A stretch of DNA of 64,000 nucleotides, from contig NZ_AP026442.1 of NCBI RefSeq assembly GCF_027923705.1, positions 132,853 through 196,852 of the forward strand, written 5' to 3'. Both the position numbers and the translations under genes were made by a program. A model generated the notes under the pieces. The model searched no databases, was not told the DNA's origin, and saw nothing but the letters and a program-made list of their open reading frames with translations. Within the stretch, counting starts at the first letter, position 1. Each line of letters starts with the position of its first letter. This document shows positions 1 to 7,834 of this stretch, piece by piece. This DNA is from Cellulomonas sp. NTE-D12. Lineage in GTDB: Bacteria; Actinomycetota; Actinomycetes; Actinomycetales; Cellulomonadaceae.

Positions 1-361
1 CGTCGTCGAGCGGGGCCGGGTAGGGATGCTCGGGCGCACGGCGGAAGTCGACGGCCAGCAGCGCCCACCCGGTGGCGTCCGCGAGGTAGCGGCAGAAGGC
101 GTCGTGCGTCTCGAGGTCGTGGAACATCCACCCGCCGCCGTGCACGTACAGCGCGACCGGTGCACCGAGCCGCGGTCGGTAGAGCCGGACGGGGACACCG
201 TCGGCGTCCAGGTCCGCGACGTGCTCGATCGGCACCCGGTCGGCCTGGGCGAGGGCCGCACTGCGGGCGGCCGCGCGATCGACGTCGACCGTGGACAGGT
301 CCTGCGGACCCGAGTCGGGCAGCTGCTCGATGAGGGCGCGCGCCTGCGGGTGCAACGTCAT
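1..361 (-). CDS. alpha/beta-hydrolase esterase/lipase (HSL family), partial: N-terminus inside window, C-terminus beyond position 1
   Basis: The reverse-strand translation from the ATG at 361 reads MTLHPQARALIEQL...PVALYVHGGGWMFHDLETHDAFCRYLADATGWALLAVDFRRAPEHPYPAPLDD. The HGGG oxyanion motif and the FRRAPEHPYPA block are typical of hormone-sensitive-lipase family esterases. The listed + ORF 26..442 is its antisense shadow. Confidence 0.6.
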   Translation of the reverse strand, partial: MTLHPQARALIEQLPDSGPQDLSTVDVDRAAARSAALAQADRVPIEHVADLDADGVPVRLYRPRLGAPVALYVHGGGWMFHDLETHDAFCRYLADATGWALLAVDFRRAPEHPYPAPLDD

Positions 362-393
362 CCCGGGAGAGTACGTGGCGCCACGCCCCAGGG

Positions 394-1668
394 TCAGCGG
401 CGGCGGAGGAGCCAGATGCGGGGGTGGTGGCCCTTGGCGTAGACGCGCAGCGGGTCGCCGATCGGGGTCCACAGGTCGGCGGCGGCCGCGACGGCGCGCT
501 GCATCACCGTCACCTCGTGGGTGAGCACCGCGAGGCGGGCACCGCGCGCGGCCACCGCGTGCGCGGCGGCGAGCAGTCCTGCGTGGACGGCGGGCGCGTC
601 GGCATGGTTGCCGAGCAGGCCGCCCCACGGCGGGTCGGCCAGCACCACGTCGAACCGCTCGTCGGGGAGCAGCGACCGCAGGGCGACGGGGTCGGCGGCA
701 TCGCCCCTGGTCAGACGGGCGGCGCGGCCGAGGCCAGCCGCCTGCAGGTTCTGCTGCGCCCCGGTCAGCACGTCCGCATCCAGGTCGACGCCGACCGCCG
801 TCGCCGCCGGACCCGCCAGCAGCCGCTCGATCAGCAACGTGCCCGACCCGCACATCAGGTTGAGCACGCGGTCCTCGGCCCGGACGCCGGCCAGCCGGCT
901 CATCGCCGCGGCGATGGTGGCGTTCGCGGCACCCGGCAGGTCCACCACCCGCCACCGCCGGGCGGACAGCGGCCGCGGACCGATCCGCACCAGCACGTCC
1001 CAGCCCGGGTCCGCCTCGCCGTGCCGTCGGCCGCGGCGCACCTTCACCACCAGCTCGCCGTCGTCGGGCCGGTGCTGCAGCCCGGTCGCCTGGTGCAGCA
1101 GCTCGGCCAGCCGGCCGAACACCGCCGAGTCGGCCCCGGCGGCCTCGAAGCGGAAGGACGACGAGCCCGCCACGCGCAACGACGCGTACACCGCGTCGAC
1201 GATGCGGGACAGGTGGTCGCCGCTGGTCAGCGACCTGGGGCGCGGCACGTCGAAGTGCAGGTGGATCCACGCGGCGACCGCGGTGCGCAGCTCGAGGACG
1301 TCCCGCAGGGGACCGGTGTGCTGCACGGCCAGCGCATCGTCCCGGCCGGGCACCCCCGCCGGTGGCTGCGCGACGACCAGCACCTCGGTCGCCTCCGCGG
1401 CGAGCACGTCACCGAGACCGGGCAGGAAGGTCAGCTCGAGGGCCGTGCCGCGCGGCCCGCGTGGGGACGGCGCGGAGGTGCGAGGGGTTCGAGCGCGGTC
1501 GGCCTTCCGGTCGCCTGGGTGCCTGGGCGCACGCGCACGGTCGTCACCACGTCGCCCGCCGGGATGCTCGTCGCGACCGTGCCCGCTGGTTCGCCCGTCA
1601 CGACCGCGCCCGCCGGAACGCTCGTCCCGACCGTGCCCGCCGCCGCGGCGCGCGGGTGGCTGCGCCAC
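394..1668 (-). CDS. THUMP-domain class I SAM-dependent RNA (N6-adenine-type) methyltransferase; start uncertain (candidates 1407-1668)
   Basis: The C-terminal two-thirds of minus ORF 394..2184 reads ...LNLMCGSGTLLIERLL...VGVDLD...FDVVLADPPWG.... This gives a GxGxG SAM-binding motif and a DPPW motif IV of N6-adenine/RlmL-type methyltransferases. An N-terminal LELTFLPGLGDVLAAE THUMP-like start lies upstream of them. There is no canonical start just upstream of the THUMP domain. The nearest in-frame GTG (1668) would add an RG-rich repeat extension. Confidence 0.55.
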   Translation of the reverse strand: MAQPPARRGGGHGRDERSGGRGRDGRTSGHGRDEHPGGRRGDDRARAPRHPGDRKADRARTPRTSAPSPRGPRGTALELTFLPGLGDVLAAEATEVLVVAQPPAGVPGRDDALAVQHTGPLRDVLELRTAVAAWIHLHFDVPRPRSLTSGDHLSRIVDAVYASLRVAGSSSFRFEAAGADSAVFGRLAELLHQATGLQHRPDDGELVVKVRRGRRHGEADPGWDVLVRIGPRPLSARRWRVVDLPGAANATIAAAMSRLAGVRAEDRVLNLMCGSGTLLIERLLAGPAATAVGVDLDADVLTGAQQNLQAAGLGRAARLTRGDAADPVALRSLLPDERFDVVLADPPWGGLLGNHADAPAVHAGLLAAAHAVAARGARLAVLTHEVTVMQRAVAAAADLWTPIGDPLRVYAKGHHPRIWLLRRR

Positions 1669-1672
1669 GCCG

Positions 1673-2275
1673 TCAGGCCGAGACGGCGTCGAGCGCGCCG
1701 ACCGCCCGCAGCACGAACTGCTCGGTCTGCTGGATCGCCCGTGCCCGCGCGGCGCCCTCACCGGGCACGCCACGGCCGGACAGGCACGCGTTGACCAGGG
1801 GGACCGTCGTGGACAGGTCCTGCTCGGGGAACACCCCGGCGGCGATGCCGCGGGACAGCACGCCGCGCAGCACGCGCTCGAAGTCGGTGACGTGCTCACG
1901 CAGCCGCGCCTGGGTGGCCCGGGACAGCATCGACCGCAGCTCCGAGCCGGGCAGGTGGTGGTCGTGCTTGAGCTGCACCATCGCGCGCACGTAGCTGCGC
2001 AGCTGCTCCACGGGGTCGTCCACGTCCGCCAGCGACTCCTCGAGCGCGTCGGCGTAGGCCTCGGTCGAGTGGGCGATGTACCCGACGAGCAGCGCCTCCT
2101 TGTCGGCGAAGTGGTTGTAGACGGCCGTGCGGCCCACCCCGGCGGCGGAGGCGATGTCGGCGAGGGTGATGGTGTCGAACCCACGGTCGTTCAGCTGCTC
2201 GGCCAGGGCCGCGAACAGTCGTCGACGCGTCTCCTCGCGGTGCTCGCGGAGCGACCCGCCGATGATCTTGGGCAT
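1673..2275 (-). CDS. TetR family transcriptional regulator
   Basis: ATG at 2275 (MPKIIGGSLREHREETRRRLFAALAEQLNDRGFDTITLADIASAAGVGRTAVYNHFADKEALL...). This is the classic TetR N-terminal HTH and the protein is 200 aa. Confidence 0.8.
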   Translation of the reverse strand: MPKIIGGSLREHREETRRRLFAALAEQLNDRGFDTITLADIASAAGVGRTAVYNHFADKEALLVGYIAHSTEAYADALEESLADVDDPVEQLRSYVRAMVQLKHDHHLPGSELRSMLSRATQARLREHVTDFERVLRGVLSRGIAAGVFPEQDLSTTVPLVNACLSGRGVPGEGAARARAIQQTEQFVLRAVGALDAVSA

Positions 2276-2404
2276 GCTGACATCGTCGCACACGTCGTCA
2301 GCAAAGCCTTCCCTCAGTGCGGCGGCCGGGTGTGGCGCCGGGCACGTCTGAGGCAGACTCGAGCCGACCGCCGGGCCGTGCCGGCGCCGGAGGAGGAGGA
2401 CCGC

Positions 2405-2929
2405 GTGGCCGCCGAGATCGAGCCGGACACCAAGGACTGGACCTGGGTGCTGCAGCAGCCGTGCCCCGAGTGCGGGTTCGACGCGACGACGGTGGACCCG
2501 CGCTCGATCGGCGCGACCGTCCGTGCGCTGGTGCCCCGGTGGCAGGTCGCGCTGGCCCGCGACGACGTCCGCGACCGTCCCGAGCCGGCCACGTGGTCCA
2601 CCCTCGAGTACGGCGCCCACGTCCGGGACGTGTTCCGGGTGATGGACCAGCGGTTGGCGCTGATCCTCGAGCACGACGACCCGCAGTTCGCCAACTGGGA
2701 CCAGGACGCCACCGCGGTGGCCGAGCGGTACGACCTGCAGGACCCGGCGCTCGTCTCGCACGAGCTCGGGGGTGCGGCCGCCGTGCTCGCCGACCGCTAC
2801 GACTCCGTCCCGGACGACGCCTGGCAGCGACCGGGCCGCCGGTCCAACGGCTCGGTGTTCACCGTCGACACGCTCGGTCGCTACATGCTGCACGACGTGC
2901 TGCACCACCTGCACGACGTGCGCGGCTGA
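2405..2929 (+). CDS. DinB_2/mycothiol-maleylpyruvate-isomerase-N-terminal-like (TIGR03083-type) protein
   Basis: A GGAGGAGGA RBS lies 5 nt upstream of the GTG at 2405. The translation is VAAEIEPDTKDWTWVLQQPCPECGFDATTVDPRSIGATVRALVPRWQ...EYGAHVRDVFRVMDQRL.... It is divergent from the TetR gene at 1673-2275. Confidence 0.5.
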   Translation: MAAEIEPDTKDWTWVLQQPCPECGFDATTVDPRSIGATVRALVPRWQVALARDDVRDRPEPATWSTLEYGAHVRDVFRVMDQRLALILEHDDPQFANWDQDATAVAERYDLQDPALVSHELGGAAAVLADRYDSVPDDAWQRPGRRSNGSVFTVDTLGRYMLHDVLHHLHDVRG

Positions 2930-2939
2930 CACCTCCGCG

Positions 2940-5153
2940 CTAGGGCGCCGCGGGGTCCGGCGGCACGTCGGGCGGCACCTCCACGGGACCGGCCTCGGGC
3001 GGCCGTGGCTCGTCCTGCGGGTGCAGCCGCACGGCCACGAGGGCGACGTCGTCCTCCCGCCGCCCGGGCAGCACGCGCTTCAGGAGCTCGTCGCACAGCT
3101 CCGCGAGCCCGAGGTCCTTCGCGGCCAGCTCGGCGAGGAGGGCTTCCAGCCGCGCCATCCCGTCGCGCACGGGCATGTCCCGCCGTTCCACCAGACCGTC
3201 GGTGTACAGCAGCAGGGTGCTGTCCCGCTCGAGCACCACCTCGGTCTCGTGCCGGGGGACGTCCGGCATGATCCCCAGCAGCGGGTCCGGCTGGCCGTCG
3301 TGCAGCGGTTCGACGGTGCCGTCGGCGTGCAGCAGCATCGGCATCGGGTGGCCGGCGTTGGACCACCGCACGCGGGTCCGGTGCTGAGCCAGGTCCTCCG
3401 GCGTCTGCTCCAGGCGCGCGACGACGGCGGTGGCGATGGACTCGGTCTGCAGCGTGCGCATCGCCTTGTCGACCGTGCTGAGCACCTCCGCCGGCGCACC
3501 ACCGGTCGCCACGGCGATCCCCCGAAGGATCGAGCGGACCTGGCCCATCTCGGCCGCCGCCAGCACGTCGTGCCCCACCACGTCGCCGATCACCAGCACC
3601 GTGGCGCCGTCGGACTGGAGGAACGCGTCGTACCAGTCGCCCCCCACCCGGGCCGCCTCAGCTGCCGGCTCGTACCGCACCTCGATCTGCAGGTGGTCCG
3701 GCGACGGCGGCTTGGTCAGCAGCGACCGCTGCAGCCCCTCGGCCAGCGTCAGCTGCTCCTTGTAGAGCCGGGCGTTGTCCAGGGCGAGGCCGGCACGGCC
3801 GGCCACGTCGGCCGCCAGCTGCAGGTCCTCGTCCGTCAAGGGCGCCCGGCCGCGGTCGTGGAACAGCGACAGCACGCCGACGGTGCGCCCGCGGCCGCGC
3901 AGCGGAAGCACCACGGCGTTGCCCGGGTCGAGGTGGCGCAGCAGCTCGCTGGCCTCACCTGGCACCAGCACCTCGAGCATCGACGCGGTGGCGTCGCCGG
4001 GGACGATCACCGTCTCGCCGGTGCGCGCCGCGCGGTTGAGGAACGACTGCGGGGTCAGCGACGCCAGCCGCTGGGTGGCGTACCGCTCCACCAGCGCCCG
4101 TCGTCCCGGGTCGTGGTGCCACGAGCCGACGTCGCGGAGCCGCGGGCCGCGGCGCGGCTCGCCCGGCTCCACCAGCGTGACCACGCTCCAGTCGGCCAGC
4201 ACGGGCACCACCAGCTTGGCCAGCCGCCCGACGGCCTCCTCGGCCTGCAGCGTCTCGGACAGCTCCACCGCCACGGTCGACGCGAGCTGGGCGCGGCGGG
4301 CGGCGGCTGCCGCGAGGGCGGCGTCGCGGCGGCGGCCGGTCACGTCGAGGAAGTACACCGACAGCCCGTCGGGCGTCGGCCACGCGTGCACCTCGTACCA
4401 GGCGTCCAGCGGTGCGGGGTAGTACGCGTCGAAGTTCACCGGCTCGCCCGTGTCGACGGCCAGCCGGTAGCTCTTCTCGAACTGGGAGCCGACCGCCGCG
4501 GGGAACAGCTCCCACAGGTCCTGGCCCAGCAGCTCGTCGCGGCTGCGCTGCAGCAGGTGCTCGGCGGAGGAGTTCACGTAGGTGAACCGCCAGTGGGTGT
4601 CCACCGAGAAGAACGCCGTCGGCATCGCCTCGAGCACCCGGGCGACGCGCACCTCGTGGTCCCGCTCGGCGGTGGAGTCGAAGGCGGCGCCGAGCAGGCG
4701 GACCGCAGTCCCGTCCGGGCCGGGCAGCGCCAGGCCGCGCGCGGTGACCCAGCGGGTGACGCCGCCGGGCCGCACCACCCGGTACTCGGCGGCGTACTCA
4801 CCGGTGCTCTCGATCGCCTCCCGGATCGCCCGGTGCACCATCGGGACGTCGTCCGGGTGCACCGCGGAGTCGAAGCTCTCGATGGTGCCGCCGAAGGTCT
4901 CGCGGTCGTAGCCGAACATCTCCAGCAGCCGCTCGTCCCACGCCAGCACGCCGGTGCGCAGGTCCCAGTCGAAGATGCCGATGCCGGCGGCGGCGATGGC
5001 CGCGCGGCCCAGGGCGCGGGCGGGATCGAGGTGGTCGACGCCGCCGTCCTGGTCCGCGCCGGCCCGCTCCATGGCGACGGCCAGCGCTTCGATCTCGATC
5101 CGGTACGGGGGCGACAGCGGGAGGTTGGGCTCGTCGTCGTCCTGCGTCGTCAT
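2940..5153 (-). CDS. PAS-PAS-GAF-PP2C (SpoIIE/RsbU-type) sensor serine phosphatase
   Basis: The protein is 737 aa. It has N-terminal PAS-like repeats (...GIFDWDLRTGVLAWDERLLEMFGY..., ...FFSVDTHWRFTYVNSSAEHLL...) and a GAF-like middle. The C-terminal PP2C block reads GGDWYDAF...VLVIGDVVGHDVLAAAEMGQVR...NAGHPMPMLL...LLLYTDGLVERRD. Confidence 0.8.
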   Translation of the reverse strand: MTTQDDDEPNLPLSPPYRIEIEALAVAMERAGADQDGGVDHLDPARALGRAAIAAAGIGIFDWDLRTGVLAWDERLLEMFGYDRETFGGTIESFDSAVHPDDVPMVHRAIREAIESTGEYAAEYRVVRPGGVTRWVTARGLALPGPDGTAVRLLGAAFDSTAERDHEVRVARVLEAMPTAFFSVDTHWRFTYVNSSAEHLLQRSRDELLGQDLWELFPAAVGSQFEKSYRLAVDTGEPVNFDAYYPAPLDAWYEVHAWPTPDGLSVYFLDVTGRRRDAALAAAAARRAQLASTVAVELSETLQAEEAVGRLAKLVVPVLADWSVVTLVEPGEPRRGPRLRDVGSWHHDPGRRALVERYATQRLASLTPQSFLNRAARTGETVIVPGDATASMLEVLVPGEASELLRHLDPGNAVVLPLRGRGRTVGVLSLFHDRGRAPLTDEDLQLAADVAGRAGLALDNARLYKEQLTLAEGLQRSLLTKPPSPDHLQIEVRYEPAAEAARVGGDWYDAFLQSDGATVLVIGDVVGHDVLAAAEMGQVRSILRGIAVATGGAPAEVLSTVDKAMRTLQTESIATAVVARLEQTPEDLAQHRTRVRWSNAGHPMPMLLHADGTVEPLHDGQPDPLLGIMPDVPRHETEVVLERDSTLLLYTDGLVERRDMPVRDGMARLEALLAELAAKDLGLAELCDELLKRVLPGRREDDVALVAVRLHPQDEPRPPEAGPVEVPPDVPPDPAAP

Positions 5154-5207
5154 CCTGCCCCCAGTGCCCTGGCGACCTGATCATCGCTCGGTGCGATCAT
5201 CCCCTGC

Positions 5208-5500
5208 TCACCCCTCCGGGTCGAGGACGACCTTGATGCAGCCCTCCTCCTTGCGCTGGAACATCGCGTACGCGCCGGGAGCCTGCGCCAGCGGAAGCCG
5301 GTGGGTGCGCAGGTCGAGCACTCCCCGCGGGTCGGTCGGGTCGCTGACCAGGGGCATCAGGTCGTCCACCCACCGGCGCACGTTGGCCTGGCCGAACCGC
5401 AGCGCCAGCTGCTTGTCGAAGATGTCCATCATCGGCATCGGGCCGACGGCCCCCGGCAGCGGGCTGGCGCCCTTCGTCTCGACGCGCACGTCCTGGCGGC
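5208..5500 (-). pseudogene. remnant of a Zn-dependent alcohol/formaldehyde dehydrogenase (C-terminal about 90 aa only)
   Basis: The minus ORF 5208..5747 ends ...MDIFDKQLALRFGQANVRRWVDDLMPLVSDPTDPRGVLDLRTHRLPLAQAPGAYAMFQRKEEGCIKVVLDPEG. This matches the conserved C-terminus of MDR-superfamily Zn-ADHs such as FdhA (...HRLPL..AP.GY..F..KEDGCIKVVL.P). The upstream 80 codons of the ORF are not ADH-like. No N-terminal ADH sequence appears in any frame up to 6080. Confidence 0.5.
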
Positions 5501-5763
5501 CCGGCCGGGTCAGCGCGCGCACCGCGCACCCCTGGGCGGCGTGTCGGTGAGGTGCGTTCCGCGAGGCGGCTCGGAGGTGCGGGTCGCATCCATCGGGCCA
5601 CGGTGCCATCCGGGCTCGACCCTCGCATTCCGGACGTGGGTGCGGCCTCGGCGCGGGGCGTCGGCCAGCAGCAACGACCCGGGACCTCTTACCCATTGAC
5701 ATCCATCGATACTTGGAGCAGTGTCGCCATACATCGACAGACATCAATGAATGGAGCCCAGAG

Positions 5764-6000
5764 ATGCACCCCGAGCTGTTCCTGCTCCTCTACCAGCAGC
5801 GCGAGCGTCAGCTCGAGCAGCTGCACGCCCGTCGTGCGGCCGCTGCCGAGCGGTTCGAGCTCACCGGCGTGACCGTCACCCCGCCCGTCCTGCGGGCGCA
5901 CCGCGTCCCGGAGGCCCGGACCGGCCTGGTCGCGCGGCTGCGCACCGCCGCGTCGCCGTCGTCGGCGGCCGTCGCTCCGGCCTGCTGCCCGGCCTTCTGA
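5764..6000 (+). CDS. small hypothetical protein (78 aa) ending ...APACCPAF
   Basis: ATG at 5764 is preceded by GGAG. There is strong GC3 bias (CTG TTC CTG CTC CTC TAC CAG CAG CGC GAG...). It is followed by a perfect 14-bp-arm hairpin. Confidence 0.35.
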   Translation: MHPELFLLLYQQRERQLEQLHARRAAAAERFELTGVTVTPPVLRAHRVPEARTGLVARLRTAASPSSAAVAPACCPAF

Positions 6001-6035
6001 GCCCCGGCGCACCCGGCGGCCGCGTCGGCTCGACA

Positions 6036-6078
6036 CCAGTCGGTGAGCAGGGACCCGAGCCCCTTGCTCACCGACTGG
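6036..6078. terminator. perfect inverted repeat CCAGTCGGTGAGCA-N15-TGCTCACCGACTGG; either a factor-independent-type hairpin or a TetR operator
   Basis: Seen directly. The arms are 14 bp at 6036-6049 and 6065-6078. It ends 5 bp before the GTG of the downstream TetR gene and there is no U-tract. Confidence 0.4.
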
Positions 6079-6082
6079 TCGC

Positions 6083-6796
6083 GTGTATAGCCTGCTGGTC
6101 GTGCGTACAGCCGAGCCGTCGGACCACCGTCCGTCGTCGGACCTCACCGCCCGCGCCCGCATCCGAGACGCGGCCATCGCGTGCTTCGCGGAGGACGGGT
6201 TCACCGCCTCCTTCCGCACCATCGCGGCCCGCGCCGACGTCTCGCCCGGCCTGATCACGCACCACTTCGCCTCCAAGGTCGCGCTGCGCGCGGAGTGCGA
6301 TGCCGAGGTGCTGCGCCGCTACCAGTCGCTCAAGACGGACAGCCTCGGCGACCCGAGCGGCTTCCTCGTCGCGAACCTCTCGGAGCCCGGTCCGGCCGCC
6401 GAGCTGACGCTCTACATGCTGCGCGCCATCCACGCCGGAGGCCGTCCCGCGCAGCAGTTCCTGGAGCGGCTCGTCGACAACGCCCGCGGCGTGATGCAGG
6501 CCAGCGTCGAGGCCGGGCTGGTGCGCCCCTCGCGCGACGAGGAGGCCCGGCTGCGGCTGCTGGTCAACCAGGCGATGGGCGGACTGCTCATCCAGCTGCT
6601 GATCGCGCCCGAGGCCACCCCCGAGACCTTCGGTACGTCGGTGCTGGAGCTGCAGCGCGCGCAGATCCTGCCGCTCCTCGAGCTCTACACCGAGGGCTTC
6701 CTCGCGACGCCTCGCATGCTCGACGACTACCTCGCCTACCTCGGCGACCCGCCCCCTGCCGAGGCAGACGCCGAGAACGACGAGCGCACCGCCTGA
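6083..6796 (+). CDS. TetR family transcriptional regulator
   Basis: The HTH reads ARARIRDAAIACFAEDGFTASFRTIAARADVSPGLITHHFASKVAL. The start is GTG at 6083 or 6101, possibly leaderless. Confidence 0.75.
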   Translation: MYSLLVVRTAEPSDHRPSSDLTARARIRDAAIACFAEDGFTASFRTIAARADVSPGLITHHFASKVALRAECDAEVLRRYQSLKTDSLGDPSGFLVANLSEPGPAAELTLYMLRAIHAGGRPAQQFLERLVDNARGVMQASVEAGLVRPSRDEEARLRLLVNQAMGGLLIQLLIAPEATPETFGTSVLELQRAQILPLLELYTEGFLATPRMLDDYLAYLGDPPPAEADAENDERTA

Positions 6797-6883
6797 GGGC
6801 GTCGCCGCCACCGTCTCGCCGCCACGGCCCATCGGGCCGTACCGCGCTGTTCCATGCACGTTCCCCACCCACAAGGAAGTCCC

Positions 6884-7834
6884 ATGCCCACCAACCAGCC
6901 GGCCGTCCAGATCGAGGGCCTGACCAAGAGCTTCGGCAACGTCCACGCGCTGCGCGGCCTCGACCTCACCGTCCCGTCCGGCCAGGTGACCGGCTTCCTC
7001 GGGCCCAACGGCTCGGGCAAGACGACGACGATCCGCATCCTGCTCGGCCTGCTCCGCTCCGACGGCGGCCGGGCCACCGTGCTCGGCGGCGACCCGTGGG
7101 CCGACGCCGTCCGGCTGCACCGGTCCATCGCCTACGTCCCCGGCGACGTCACCCTGTGGCCCAACCTCACGGGCGGCGAGGCGATCGACATCCTCTGCCG
7201 GCTGTCCGGCCCGCTGGACCCGCGGCGCAAGCAGCAGATGCTCGACCGCTTCGAGCTGGACCCCACCAAGAAGGCCCGCACGTACTCGAAGGGCAACCGG
7301 CAGAAGGTCGCCCTGGTCGCGGCGCTGGCGTCCGACGCGGAGCTCCTCCTGCTCGACGAGCCCACCAGCGGCCTCGACCCGATCATGGAGACCGCGTTCA
7401 CCGAGTCGATCACCGAGGTGAAGGCGCAGGGCCGGTCCGTGCTGCTGTCCAGCCACATCTTCGCCGAGGTGGAGAAGCTGGCGGACACCGTCACGATCAT
7501 CCGCAACGGGGTCACCGTCGAGACGGGCAGCATCGCCCAGCTGCGGCAGCGGCTGCGCACGCAGGTCACTGCCGTGCTGGCCGGCGGGTCGGCGGCCCTG
7601 GCCGCGGTCGACGGGGTTCACGACCTGGTCCAGGTGGACGGGCAGACCCGGTTCACCGTGGACGAGGAGTCCCTGCCGGCCGTGCTGGCGCAGGTGGCCC
7701 GGCTGCAGCCCCGGTCGCTGGTGGCCAACCCGCCGTCGCTGGAGGAGCTGTTCCTGCGGCACTACGGCGAGGAGCTGGCGGCCGTCAACGGAGCCGACTC
7801 GAACGGTGCCGGGCGGAACGGGGCGCAGAAGTGA
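6884..7834 (+). CDS. ABC-2 type transporter ATP-binding protein
   Basis: An AAGGAAG RBS precedes the ATG at 6884. The translation begins MPTNQPAVQIEGLTKSFGNVHALRGLDLTVPSGQVTGFLGPNGSGKTTTIRIL. It has the LSGGQ-like YSKGNRQKVALV signature and Walker B LLLLDEPTSGLD. Confidence 0.85.
   Translation: MPTNQPAVQIEGLTKSFGNVHALRGLDLTVPSGQVTGFLGPNGSGKTTTIRILLGLLRSDGGRATVLGGDPWADAVRLHRSIAYVPGDVTLWPNLTGGEAIDILCRLSGPLDPRRKQQMLDRFELDPTKKARTYSKGNRQKVALVAALASDAELLLLDEPTSGLDPIMETAFTESITEVKAQGRSVLLSSHIFAEVEKLADTVTIIRNGVTVETGSIAQLRQRLRTQVTAVLAGGSAALAAVDGVHDLVQVDGQTRFTVDEESLPAVLAQVARLQPRSLVANPPSLEELFLRHYGEELAAVNGADSNGAGRNGAQK

Noticed and set aside
424-1794. 456-aa + strand ORF
   Set aside because: It is the antisense shadow of the methyltransferase gene. 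The translation is R/G/P/H-rich and has no recognisable domains, as expected for the opposite strand of high-GC coding DNA.
521-2929. 802-aa + strand ORF
   Set aside because: Only the last about 175 codons (from the GTG at 2405, with an RBS) form a credible DinB_2-like protein. The upstream 630 codons run antisense through the methyltransferase and TetR genes and are low-complexity.
2772-5180. 802-aa + ORF
   Set aside because: It is the antisense of the PAS-GAF-PP2C phosphatase. The translation is dominated by R/G/H/P/Q runs.
5689-6276. 195-aa minus ORF upstream of the ADH remnant
   Set aside because: I checked it as a possible frameshifted remainder of the alcohol dehydrogenase, but the translation has no ADH (GHEG/GxGxxG) motifs. 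It is the antisense of the small + ORF and TetR region.
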